Shown here piece by piece: positions 31,561 through 44,449 of a stretch of 64,000 nt of DNA; within the stretch, counting starts at the first letter, position 1, and every line of letters begins with the position of its first letter. Source of the DNA: Strigamia acuminata (Eukaryota). The position numbers and the translations under genes are program-made. Location: the NCBI GenBank assembly GCA_949358305.1, contig OX442314.1, positions 248,001 through 312,000 of the forward strand. Reading direction: 5' to 3'. The notes under the pieces were generated by a model that had not been told where the DNA came from, made no database searches, and saw only the letters and a program-made list of their open reading frames with translations.

Positions 31561-32765
31561 ACGCATTTTTGTGTTACTATCGGTATGCATAAAAATGCAT
31601 GAAATAAAACCAAATACAAACAAGAGACATAACAGCTATTTTAGTATTTTCCACTTTTATTTCTTAATATTAAAATTCAGCTTCGCTGCCGCAATTGTCC
31701 CAGCGCAAATCCACCTCGACCACGCGATTAATAAATGAAAAAAAAAATTATTTTATTTAAAAACTGACTTTTTTTTTTTAGTATTATCGATACACAAATC
31801 CCAAGGTTGTCAATACATCAGTAGAAGGGCCAAGAGTAAAAATTTGAAGCTGCAAATGAAATTATAAATACAGTACTGCTATTTAGTTTTAGTTTTAGTT
31901 TTTAGAAAAGAAAAAGGGGAAAAACGTTAATTTCTAACAAACATTTGTTTTTTTCTGACACACCCTAAATGCCGGAGCAGCAGTGATTGATAGTATACGA
32001 TAGTCATCTCTAAATTACTATAACATTCAAGTCCAGTTCTTTACACTGTACAAAGTGGTGATTAAACCTACAAATTATTATCAATTACGGAGTAATTCAT
32101 TTGTTAGCAATTACAAGAAACATCAGGTGCAAAACAAACGGAAAAAATAAAAAATAACAAATTAAATTAAATTCCTACTAAGGGACTCGAGAAAATAATT
32201 AATTAATCCACTTTTTTATATGTACAGAAAATCAAATCAAAGTTTAAATTTAAATTGCCTACAACACAACACGAGCAATCTAATATCTTTCTTTCTTAAG
32301 CCCATTAACTGAACATTAACACTCGAAGTTTGCGCAATCTTCGCTTTTAAATTATCAATAATTATTAACCATGCGCAAAACTCGTCAAGTGCCAATCACT
32401 TTTTCTTTTAAAAAACAAAATCATATCGTACAAAAAATTAATTTCACGATCAAACAAAAAAACGAAACAAAAAACAATAGTCTAAGTCCCCCCTTTTGGT
32501 TTTTTCTTTCTTTCTTTCGATGCAGCCAGAGAAAGAACAAAAAAGGGAGAAAAAAAGAGAAGAAATCGATTCTCACGATACCAAGTTGCATCGATCGTTT
32601 CTTTCTTTCTTTCTTTGTCCTAATTACACCATAATTTGTTTTTCTTTCTACGATTTTGTGTGATACAAATTTTACTGATTTTTTTGTTTGTTGTTGCTTA
32701 AATATTGAATTGAATTGAAACCGACAATACGTTGCACTACGTGGAGCCAATTGCTCGCACTAAGA

Positions 32766-35700
32766 TCAAACGAAAACCTTAGCCAAAGCATCGGCTCCGG
32801 CGCTCGCGATAAACGGTTTCGAAGGATGGAAGGCCACGTCGAAAATCGACTCGTCGAATTTCTTGCGGTGCGACGTGATTTCTTGAACGCAACTCTTGTT
32901 GTCCAAATTCCACAGCCGAATCGAACAATCGTGACCTGCAAAACATCCAAACAATAACTACTAAATCTGTCAACTAAATCAAATTATCAATCGTACTCCC
33001 AGACAGCAGATACAATCCGTTCGGGTCGACTGCTAAACACGTAACTGCATCCAAATGCGCAACCATCGAGTGAACCATTTTGCCTTTAAAATCACATAAA
33101 TAATAAACAATTTGAAGAGAAATAAACATTTTGATTTACGATTTACCAGAATTATTATCAAAAAAGCGAATATGCCTGTCCTCGTGCGCAGTGATGGTAA
33201 TTGGAAGTGTAGGATGACTTACGACGCGGTTAATTTGTTTCGTATAAGGGTTCAACTCTAAAACAAACAAATTTAAACCAAAAATTAAACAAAAACTCAC
33301 GCCTAAAATACCTAAAATCTGGCTGTTATCTAGTTGAACGACTGGTTTTCCAGTTTCCAAATCGTAAATGGTGCACATTGACGACGAAAACGCTGTCACC
33401 ATCTGAGCAGGGTCGCAGCGCACAAAATCAACCGAAGTCGGAGCACCCTCACCTTAAAAATAAATAAAAATAAATAAATAAATAAACAAATAAATAAATA
33501 AATAACCAATTCACCAGTGTCTACAACATAAGTATTAAGAAGAGTAGTTTTGTTCTGTGGCGCCCACAATCTCACGGTTCCGTCAGCAGAGCAGGAAAGA
33601 AGCTGCATCTTGGAACTATGAATTGACAGACCCCAAACGGAATCCGAATGTGCCGTTAATGTTTCAGTTAAAACTCCCGGATCTATTAAAAAATAATATT
33701 TATCAAATTCCACATATTTTTTTTTTAAATAATCACAACTGACCAAAGGAATCGTATGGATCTATATTGGAACTTGGGATGTTCCAGCAGCGAATGGTGG
33801 CGTCCATGCCACCGCTAAAACAATGCTCACCAGTAGCACTCATCGCTAAACACAATACAGGACCCCTAAAACAGACGCAAAAACGTTTTAAATCCTTTAA
33901 ATGCTTTCAATTCCTTTTCTTACACGTGTGCTCTAAATGTATAAACGGGCTCGACGTCTAACGAAGCGGTCCTGTAATGAATACAATTTAAACAAATTAA
34001 TTTAAATAAATTTTTGCTTTTTGTTACTTCTTGGCAGGAACGGTCTTTTGTAGATTCCACAGTTTGAGCGTGTGATCTTCCGATGCTGTGATCAACACAG
34101 GTTCCACGGGATGGAATGCCAGTGCTCTGACACCGTCGAAATGGCTCCGCAGAGTGTACTTTGCATTCCATGTTTTCCGATATGCTTCTTTGTTTGCTGG
34201 AATCTGAATCGAAAAATTAAAATCCATTTTCTATTCGTTATTTCAACGTTTTTCAACTATTTTGATAGAAAACATCAAATTTTTCCACCATTTTATCCTT
34301 TTTATTTACATCATAGCTCATATCAGCTTCGTTGTTGACAGTCAACCGTGCTAAATCACCTAAAGCTTCATTGTCCGAGCCTGGACCACGTAGAAGCGAG
34401 CCAGGGTTAAACTCGTGCTCAAACAACAGGTGAGGCTCGGCCTGGTTGCTCGCTACAAGAAAACAACAACAATTCAAAAAAATCAAATTATTCAAAAAAA
34501 ATAATCAAATTTCTCCAGATAAAACCATTAAAAATGCAACTGTTCAAATCAAACCGATTATTAAACCAAACTACCGAGTTAAAAGTGTGTTATTGCAACA
34601 TTAAACGAAACCAACCTGAATTCTCCAGATCGGCCATGTTGGCAGCGGTTGATTCGCGGCCCGAGAGGAATTCCTCGTCGGAGTCGAGGGCGGCCAACAT
34701 TGCCTGACGATGCGACCGCTTTGGCCCTGCGAAACAAAATTCGGTAGCCACATGCAGCAATCATGCAAAAGCCAAGTGCAAATCAAACTCTAACATCATT
34801 TATTCCGTGCAAAAGTCAAAAAAACTAAAAGATTCGTTCAATTTTCAAATTTTTTCCCTTTGAACCACCTTTTATCACAACCTTACCTCAACTTCGCTTT
34901 AATGGTGTCCCAAAAACCGATCAAAATCGCGTCTTTTTGCTCTTTTATTAAAATATACTCAATTTAAATTTGAAATTTGTTAAGAAGAATGTTAAATGTA
35001 AGATATTAATCCGTTTAAAATGGGTCGATCTCGATATAACGGGACGAAAAAGTGAAAAAGTGAAAAAGTGAAAGCAACAACTTACTCTGCAGATTACACT
35101 TCTTGTTCTTTTGTTCTTTTCGATATTGATCCTTGAGCTGACAAATGAGCTGCGGATTGACACCCCATTCCTCCCCTGGTGACAGCTCACCCTGCCTATC
35201 TGCTCGCGAAATCAAGGAGAAAAAAGCGAAATTCGGCAACGAAACAAACGAAAAGAAATAAACTCGTGCATTTTCAATGAGAAATTATCAAAAAAGAAAC
35301 AAAAAATAAAACACCACATTTTTACCATTTCATGCGAGGAAACAATAAGAGTAAACAAAACCACAACAAATTCGTACAAATTCATAAAAATCGAGTGATT
35401 TGTGCATGAAAAATGTGACCGCATCGTATTTGCCTACTTTCTAAGTTTCAGGTTTTAACTTTTTCCACCTACCGTCAAATTTACCGCTCACGCTTTGGTT
35501 GTCTGAAAATGCCCAACTAACTACAAATCAATAAAATTTCATCGTTTACCTCTCCATTCGTCGCCACTAGCCCTAAATTCCTGACGATAGGTGCTCGATT
35601 TAACCTACAAATTCAAATTTATCAAATTAATCAAAAATTCTGCGGAAACACGGTATTTATTTAGTGGGAAATATAGTAAGTGGAAAATTTAATATTTATT

Positions 35701-37744
35701 TAGTGGGGAATTCAAGGAAATTATATATTTATATATTTATATCTACCGATTCATAACCAGGTGAAACTCCGCTGCCGATTCGTTCTTCCGCGTCATCATC
35801 GGCTGATCCTTCTTCCATTTCGTCACTAAAACAAAATGAAAACAAAAAAGTCAAAAATAAACCCAAAAAAATTATAAAAATAAAAAATTAACCAAAAAAA
35901 AATGCGAAAAACCAAAAAATAAACCAAAAAAAATTAGAAAAATCAAAAATAAACAAAAAATTAAATTTCCATTGTGAAAATCTACCTGAGATTGTCATCA
36001 TCTTCATCCATATCGACATTTTCAGACGCTAAAAAATCAAAAGTGGCTAGAACCGACGCCTCACTGTCCATCACGGATCCCTCAGCGATCGACTGCGGTA
36101 TCTTCTTAGCCGGAGTCCTAAAACAAACAAAAATTAAACAAAACAAAAAAAATCATCAAAAACAAATTTTTACCGCCTTCCTTGCTGCTCGTTAGCTCGT
36201 TTCCCACTCTGCTCGCCATTCACCACCGCCGCCGTGTTGTGATTCTCTTCATTCTCATCATTATACGAAGTTAAACCCAACAGAGATCGTACACGAGCCG
36301 ATCGCACATCAATTATCGTGTCTGTGTATCCGATTTCCTGCAGGTACCTAAAAAACAAAACAAATAATCAATTTCTAAACATTTTTCCAAATAAAAACCA
36401 CTCACTGTCTTAATAATTGCCTTCCTTGTCGCCAGGTTACGTTACTGTTGGAAGTGAGCATAGTTTCACCGTCTAATGGTTCATCTAAATAAACACACAA
36501 AATTTTACATTTTTTAATTTAATTTAATTTAATTTATACCTTTATTCATTTCGTCAAAACTCGGCGGTTTGATGTCTCCTTGGTTTAGTTCAGTTCCATA
36601 CTTTAATTTATGATATTTAGCTCTGAAAGAAAATTGAAAAAAATTGAAAAAAAATTGAAAAATATTGAAAAAAAATTCGAAAAAATATCAGAAATTAAAA
36701 ATCGATTTACCTTTCTTGTTTGAGTGCATATTCCAGCATTTTTATCCTACGCACTAAATCATTTTTCAAATTTTCTTGTCCCTTTCGTTCTCCCTGTAGA
36801 AAAGCAATCCGCGCCTGGCAAAAATTAAATCACAACAAATTACCAACAAAAATAAGTCCAAACTTTCAGGAAATCATCGACAACAATTTATAGATCAAAA
36901 CCAGCGATTTTTTTTTTTTTTTTTTTTTAAATTTATTTTTTGTGACAAAAATAAATAAATCCAAATTTCATCAATTTATAAATAAATTGATCCATTCGCG
37001 ATAAATTCGCACCTATTTTTGGTCACCAAGTTGAACAAACCCAAAACCCAAAATAAAACCACCACATCCAGCGATTAAACCTCAAAAAAATGCAAACAAA
37101 AAGCAAAAAACAAAAATATTCCTCATTTTTTATCTCCAATAATTTCCAATTTTTTCAATCGATTTCCCACCGATTTCCACCGCCCGCGATCAAAAACGCC
37201 CGAACCAAAACCAAAAACCAACCGATCGAATCGACCGACACTCAATCCTCACAAATTCCCATCCGAAGCGATCGAAAACACACGAAAAACGAGTCGATTC
37301 AATTCGGGTCTTAGGACTCAGCAAACACTCGCCATCTTGAAACTGTGGCAGATTCTTCACCTCTCTCATCACAGAGACACGTTGATATAACACACAAAAA
37401 GCTCACTCACATCGATTTAAACGGGTGGAAATTGCGGGTAGGACGTCGGGGAATGTGTGTGGCGGTTACACGGGTCCGGGAACGGTTTAAACGGCGACGA
37501 AAAAGCGATTTGATTTGACTTGACTTACTTGTAATTCGGCTCGTTCAACTTCCCACTGAGATCTCTCCATCTCAAATCGTGCCCATTCGTGTTGAATAAA
37601 ATGTAGAATCCCCGGGATCGAGTATTGCACTCTTTGATTGTGTTCTTCATGATTCTGCTTACCTCCCACTCCCGGGCCGACTGCTGGCCCGACTTGGCCG
37701 CCGAGATTTTGTGATATACTGATCGGAGTCCCGTCCTCCATCAT
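32766..37744 (-). CDS. STRN: Striatin (STRIPAK scaffold; STRN/STRN3/Cka family)
   Basis: YSIPGILHFIQHEWARFEMERSQWEVERAELQ coiled coil, YLQEIGYTDTIIDVRS and WD40 repeats ending IASAGADALAKVFV*. Start taken at MMEDG. The central exons may be alternative. Confidence 0.92.
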
Positions 37745-38262
37745 TACACGGCCGCCATTACAAAATGCTCCAAGAGCCGCGCGCTGCATTTCGGGACGGA
37801 TCGGCAATGGCGTCATGGACTCAACTCGTATTTTGTAGCAAAAATCGGCTTTTAATTTCACAACATAATTCGTACACATTCGTTAAATTAATTTATAAAA
37901 CATGCAAACAATCGAACGTGAATCTGTCTCGCAAACAGCCATTCTTTTTTGTGCTTCTAAATACAAAATCATGTTAAAAAGGTACATTTTGTTCTATACA
38001 ATGCAATTTCTGCATTTTTCATCAACAAAATACAACAAAATAAAATATTTTTAAACATATTTAAATATATTTACACACATCAAAAGAATTTTTAATTTTT
38101 TAAAACACTTTTTCGAATTTTTTTAAAAAAAAAATTTTGGGTCATTTTGGTGAATTTCGTTAATAAAAAGTGCAAAACGTGCAGAAAAATCATGAAAACA
38201 TAAAATGCATTTAGAGATGATAATTTCTTCGATACTGTCGACATTTTCGACATTTTATTAAC

Positions 38263-38976
38263 TTAAAATTCGATATTTTCATCCATCCTTGGAACAGGAT
38301 TATTCACTAACAGAGATACGATCATGCTGCAAAAACACAAAAAACATTAAAAACCTCGCACAAATCCACGTTACAAACTCAAATCACGCACCAATAGAGA
38401 TAAATAAAGAAGAAAATGAGATAAAATCCTAATTTAATCATCGTTTCTTTCATATGACTTTTGAGCATTCCTCGATTGTGAATCTCAGTCGGATCGTAAA
38501 CTCCAAAATTCCCCGACGGCACCGACCAAAATCTACTCAAAAACAATGAAAAACATCATCACTCGATCCACAAAATGCAAACAAACCTATAAATCTGCCA
38601 AATTAACAGCGGAATATTGCACAAAAACAAAATCCAATAAGCGCCGAGCAGAAGAAACAGCGTTAGAATCCCGTGTGCGATCATTTCGGGTAAAATCCAC
38701 TAAAAAAAAAATATATAAACACGTTAAAATAAAGAACAAAAATTCCTACATATTCATATTTACATAATTTAGTTTTGAGCAACATTGCTGCGCGTTTAGA
38801 TAGTCGCATTCCAAGTCGGATAACGTGATAACCTAGGGTGGTTGAGGTGTCAAATTCGTTCATTTTTCGCGTTTAAAAAACGTTAAAAACACAAAGGATA
38901 CGTAATATACGCTTAAAAACAACAGAGTTCCCGTGTCGAATAGAGAAAATACAAACAAGAGCGTGTCAGAAGCCAT
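38263..38976 (-). CDS. CNIH4: Cornichon homologue 4
   Basis: Five exons spliced by eye: [25 protein letters not shown] / [23 protein letters not shown] / WILPEMIAH... / [34 protein letters not shown] / MIVSLLVN...EF*. Confidence 0.92.
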
Positions 38977-39137
38977 GAATTTACATTTAATTAAACGGCG
39001 TGTTGAGTTTGAGCCGAGATTACGATGACCCAGCTGGAAATAGAACAAATCTCTTTGTAGTTTGTACAACGGGATTCGCGCATCCGTTAACGGTTGCTAG
39101 GTGACGTTCGACGCTTCGTTGTGTGTTTATTTTCAAG

Positions 39138-40257
39138 ATGGAGGAGAAGGAAAAATTGGCGGACAATCAAACGTCGCCGTTGCAAGTGACAATAACATAT
39201 TGGTAAATTAAAAAAAAGAAGAAAAAACAAACTTTTGTTGATTAATTTATTTCTAAATTTCTAAAAGCAGCAGCGCATGAGGTTACAAACTAAAGGTAAC
39301 TTATTAAATAAATTAAATTTAATCAAATTTTTAATATTTTGGTTTATTAAGTATTTTCGAGTCAAGGAATTCCTCGAGAAACTTTTTGGCAAGAAAATTA
39401 GAGTCGTAAGTTAAGATATATTAATAAATATTAAATATTTCTTAATTTTTTTTCAATTTTTTGCAGGAAGGTGACGAAACATCGGGAAAAACTGGATGGT
39501 TTGAAGTCGAAATTGGAAACGAAAAGAAATCAATACATTCGAAAAAAGTTTAAAAAAAATTTAATAAATAAAAATATTCATTTATTATATTTGTTTGTGT
39601 GTTTAGAATGGCGACGGACTCGTAGACTCGTACGAAAAGGAAGCGAAACTGGCGCGTGCGATCGCGGACACGATGCACCTTCCCATGGAGACGGACACGA
39701 TCGAAAGCGCGAGCACGTTTCCGAAAACATCGTCGCTGACCAACCTCCTCCTGCTCGACCTGACCGACCCGGAGAAAGCCTGCGCCGCGCGAAAGATTTC
39801 GTTCGTCCGCAAACTGAGCTCGGACGTGACGGAGACGGTCAAGGAAGCGGTCGAGGCGTCGAGTTCGAAAAAGCCGAGCGAGAAAAACGTGCTCGAGGAG
39901 GAAGAGAAGGACAAGCCGTCGGAAAAACAAGGGCAGGCTTCCGGTTACACGTCGACGTCGGGCAAGAAAACGAGCACGAGCAAGAAATCGCTGACGACGA
40001 CGGAAAAGCGCAAGAAAAAGTCGCAGGACGAGAAGGAGAGCGCGCACAAGAGCGAGAATGTGCGCGACAGCCAGTCGAGTCAGCCGTCGAAGACGATGAA
40101 GTCGGGCGCTTCGGTGTCGGTGTCAGACGACGACGAGTTGTTCGGATCGGCCAGCAGTGGCACGTTGGAAGAGAAAGAGAGCAAGAGTGAGGGCAGTTTT
40201 CAGTCGATCGAGTCGAGAATGTCTTCCGAGTCCGGAAAACGTAAAATGGATTTATAA
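39138..40257 (+). CDS. SELENOW: Selenoprotein W-like (Rdx family, CxxU) with a long C-terminal extension, ~291 aa
   Basis: Exons 39138-39202, 39271-39295, 39352-39405, 39467-39547 and 39607-40257 give VTITYCSAUGYKLKY...GKTGWFEVEI...IHSKKNGDGLVDS...KLARAIA. In-frame TGA at 39278-39280; SECIS downstream. Confidence 0.88.
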
Positions 40258-40270
40258 AGGTGGAGATATT

Positions 40271-40345
40271 ATCTTCTGTCGTGACGAGATTTGTCGAAAA
40301 CTGGTCTTGTACAAGGTGGCAATTCTTTGATGTTTATATGGAGTT
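40271..40345 (+). promoter_or_regulatory. SECIS element (3' UTR)
   Basis: GTGAC (40281), 11-bp stem GAGATTTGTCG/TGGCAATTCTT, unpaired AAAA (40297), apical mini-stem CTTG-TA-CAAG and TGAT (40328). Confidence 0.85.
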
Positions 40346-41030
40346 TATCGTTCACTTTTGTAAAATTTATTGACGTAAAAATAAAAATAGAAATAAGCAT
40401 TCAAAAATAAAAATAATAATTTTAGTTTAAGTGCATTTTAAGTTTAAACAGGAAATGATGTCATTTTGAAGTAAAACACAAAATATTTTAGTTTTATTAT
40501 TATTATTATTATTATGCTTTTGTTCCAGCTGCTCCTCGGCTTTCCATTAAATTAAATTAAATTTGCTTTCCTGCATCACACTAGAGGCGGGATACTGGGA
40601 GTTTACTCTTTTCTCTGCGTGTTGACGATGGAATGATTAAATTTAAAAGCTCACTTAACCTCCTGTATTTCCAGTTCTATATCACAATCATGCATTTTTG
40701 TTAATCACGCATCATCTCCGGCCGCCATCAGCAGAAGCTTGCTGGTTGCGACCGGTCTCGGCTCGGTTGAAAAGCACACAACAATCAATTGCATCGCGCG
40801 CAATTTCAAATTCATCTTTTTCAGCCGTGCAAGTTTTGGCTTTGCGTTTTTATTTTCGAATCTTGCCTAAAAGCCTAAAAGTCTTCTTTTTTCGATGACA
40901 TTTGGCAGCGACTGCCATCCCGTCTAATTTGTAAGTAACAAATCAATCGCGGCAAATATTCTTCCGGTATTTCCGATAACCGAATAAATTTGTGCACAAC
41001 TCCGGTTTGAATTCGCTTTTTTTGTTCGCA

Positions 41031-41495
41031 GAGCTGAGCCGTGATGAATATATTGATTCCTTAATGAAAAAATGAAAAAACGAAGAGAAGAACGATGAAG
41101 CGACGACGATGGAGAAGGTGATGTCGATTTTGGAGGTTTTTCCGGACGCGGATCCCAGATATTTGCGCGGTTTTGTCGAGAAAAACAAGAACGATGTGAA
41201 TTACTTAAACGCGACGGTTTCCGGATGGTTGGAGAGTCGTTATCCGTTACAAACACTTCGGAAACGGAAGGTAAGTCAATGACTCACAAAAGTTAATCAA
41301 TCTCATTTCAAATTGCTTGTCAAGTGTTCTCAATTTTCTAAAAACGAGACTCAACCGGAAACGCGGCGCCGTTCGCAGCTTTACAGCGACAACACCAAGC
41401 TTACGCGCAAGCGCCGATTCCGGTTTTCATCCGAAACCGCCGCAACCAGCCACTGACCACAATTCTGACCACAATTCTCCACCAGCCAAGGAGGT
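41031..41495 (+). pseudogene. RNF216/TRIAD3-like RBR ligase fragment (copy 1)
   Basis: Exon with ILEVFPDADPRYLRGFVEK...WLESRYP (frameshift in the A-run near 41075), joined to a C-terminal piece also found inverted at 60010-60290. Confidence 0.55.
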
Positions 41496-41904
41496 CAATC
41501 CGTTCCTGTTGGGAACACCTCCGCCGCCACGGACTCCTCGTCGAAATCAATCGAATCGTCTGCACCGTGTTGCAAAAAACCTTTTTAATCGATGTAAAAA
41601 AATAAATAAAATTTATTCTCGTTTTATATGAATACTATACAGATTCTACTAATAAAGAATATAAACTATTACATTTCAGTTAAACAATTATTATTTCTTT
41701 ACAAACTTTGTTATACAATTTTATTTAAAACATTATACTGTATAACATTTTAAGCATAAAAAAAAAATTGTGGTATTTCTCAATAAAATTTTATAAAGTT
41801 TTGGGATTTTTCAATTAAATTTTGTTAAGTTTTAGGATTTTTCAATAAAAGTTTTTATTTTGTGAATTATTACTAAAAATTTTGTGAAATTTTACAATTT
41901 TTCA

Positions 41905-42295
41905 CGTGATTTTGGTGAAATTTTACCATTTCTTAATTGATTTTGGTGAAATTTTACCATTTCTTAATTAATTTTGGTGAAATTTTACAATTTCTTAATT
42001 GATTTTGGTAAAATTTTACCATTTCTTAATTGATTTTGGTGAAATTTTACCATTTCTTAATTGATTTTGGTGAAATTTTACCATTTCTTAATTGATTTTG
42101 GTGAAATTTTACCATTTCTTAATTGATTTTGGTGAAATTTTACCATTTCTTAATTGATTTTGGTGAAATTTTACCATTTCTTAATTGATTTTGGTGAAAT
42201 TTTACCATTTCTTAATTGATTTTGGTGAAATTTTACCATTTCTTAATTGATTTTGGTGAAATTTTACCATTTCTTAATTGATTTTGGTGAAATTT
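41905..42295. repeat. Minisatellite, 31-nt unit (ttgattttggtgaaattttaccatttcttaa)
   Basis: About 12 near-perfect tandem copies. Confidence 0.92.
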
Positions 42296-42627
42296 GTTCA
42301 AAAATTGCTTTTTCTCCCCAAATTTTGCCATTTTCCCTCAACATTTGCCATTTTTTTTCCAAATTTTTGTCAAATTTTGCCTTTTTTCCTAAAATTTTAC
42401 CCCTTTCCTCTCAAATTTTGCCTTCTTTCTACAATTTTACCTCAAATTTTGCCTTTTCCCCCAAAACTTGCCTTTTTTTTCTTCAAATTTTTGGTCAAAT
42501 TTTGCCTTTTTTTATCCAAAGTTTGCCTTTTCCCCCAGTTTTAGCCTTTTGGTCACATTTTTTTAAATCAAATTTTGCTTTTTTCCTCTAAATTTTTGTA
42601 ATTTTTGTCAATTGTTTTTTTATGGTT

Positions 42628-42810
42628 TGTCAAATTATTGTCAAATTATTGTCAAATTATTGTCAAATTATTGTCAAATTATTGTCAAATTATTGTCAAA
42701 TTATTGTCAAATTATTGTCAAATTTCTACAAATTTTTGTCAAACTTCTACAAATTTTTGTCAAACTTCTACAAATTTTTGTCAAACTTCTACAAATTTTT
42801 GTCAACTTTC
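42628..42810. repeat. Tandem repeats (11-nt ttgtcaaatta, then ~21-nt unit)
   Basis: Directly visible tandem arrays. Confidence 0.9.
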
Positions 42811-44449
42811 TAGAAATTTCTACAAATTTTGACATTTTTGAACAAAATCGTAGCCGAACGTGCCCTTAACTTTCCGTTACGTGCCCTTAACCTAAAGTAA
42901 CGTGCCCGAAACCTAACATAACGTAACGTGCTTTGGCCGCCATGTTGGTTTCGTTTTCGTTCTCGTCTCGCTGGTGTATTTGGTTGTTTTGGGGGTTAAT
43001 TTTCCAGAATTTGTGCGTAATTAATATACGAAATTTAAATGAAAAGATTAATTACTATCCAAACAGCAAATTAAAGAAGTCCGTACTTTGCAAATAGGCG
43101 GTGGCGAGAGTCCTGGGCGTGCAAGATGGCCGTCTCGATAATGGATCACTCACGTTTTAGAGCTTTCTAAGCGTCTCTCTGCTGAAAATTCTTTGTAGGG
43201 GATTCAATTTGTGCTTGTTTTAGGCGTCAAGCATCATCTACACCGACAGCACAACTCTCACAGGTCAATCCCCACGATTAACACTCGAAATTGTCAATTA
43301 ATATCCAGCAAATGTGTGCAAGAAAAACGTATCGTATTCATTAACGCTTCCTAACCTCGAAACTAATTTCTTTTCAGCTGTTTTCGAATCGAAGACGATG
43401 CGTAAATTCTTTCTTTAGACTGACGGGATCTATGAACGAATCAGGTGTAAAAATCGATACAAAAATCAACAGTAACAATAATATTAACAATTAACTTTGA
43501 ACAGAACACGTCCAACTCATCGAGATGTGGATTTTAAAGCGGAATAGAATCAGATATGTATACATTTTCTTAATTATAATTAATTAATTAATTAATTAAT
43601 CGGAATAACACGTATTAAAAAGCCTGAAATCTTTTCTTTCTCGTTTTTTTTTAACTTCGAGAATCTGCACAAATCTGAATTACCGTCTACATTTTTGGAA
43701 GTGGATTTATATAATTTCCCAAGGATTTGCATCGTCCAGTTGCAACATGCAATTTGCAACCACTTATTTCTCACATTTTTCTCTCGATCACGGAGCTCTG
43801 GTCCTCGTATTTTTGCACCGTTTTTGCCTGATCCACTCGTGTGTTTTGCACTTAAAAAATGTGTTTATTGTTTTGTAAGTGATGTGTATTGATTATTAAC
43901 AAAGAGGGTTTTACATATGATTTGCAATGCAATGACTTGATCGTTCAACAGCAGAGTGTGTGGATGTACATTTTATGACGATGCTGTAAACAATACAATA
44001 CGCTAAACAATAATCTGTCACGTAACTCGATCAGCACGATATAGGCGAGGTGAAGAACGAGATTTTGTTGGTTCTGCTCTGCCTTCCATTCCATTTCGTC
44101 GTTTGTTTTTATCCGTTTACATTTTATTGTCTTTCCTTTGTATTTATGCAGAATTCTATCACGAAAAGCCAAGGAACTGGATTAAGATGGTTTGATTCTT
44201 GACTTCATTCATTATTGGCTGAATTTCACTTCTGGATTCCATGTGAGGCTTAATTTCCCTTCTAAATTCCATTTTAGGCTTAACTTCACTTCTAGATTCC
44301 ATTTTAAGCCTAATGCATTTGAAATGAATATATTTGTTTGAGTGTACCATAATGGACTCGAGAAATATCTTTTTATTTTCTTTAGTTTGTTATTTTAAAT
44401 TCAATTCTTTAGATTTTTTTTTGAAATATTGAATTTCGTGTTGCTTCTT

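Noticed and set aside
37745..37879. Longer N-terminus for striatin from upstream in-frame starts
   Set aside because: No recognisable conservation and it overlaps the likely promoter or 5' UTR; MMEDG fits the family start better.
39673..40257. Stand-alone 194-aa Ser/Lys-rich gene as listed in the ORF track
   Set aside because: It is in frame with, and in the same exon as, the end of the SelW domain.
41905..42295. 31-nt direct repeats resembling a CRISPR array
   Set aside because: The copies are contiguous with no unique spacers, there are no cas genes and the context is eukaryotic.
42930..43560. Promoter-like motifs and small exon-like segments
   Set aside because: I could not splice them into a consistent or recognisable reading frame; left uncalled.
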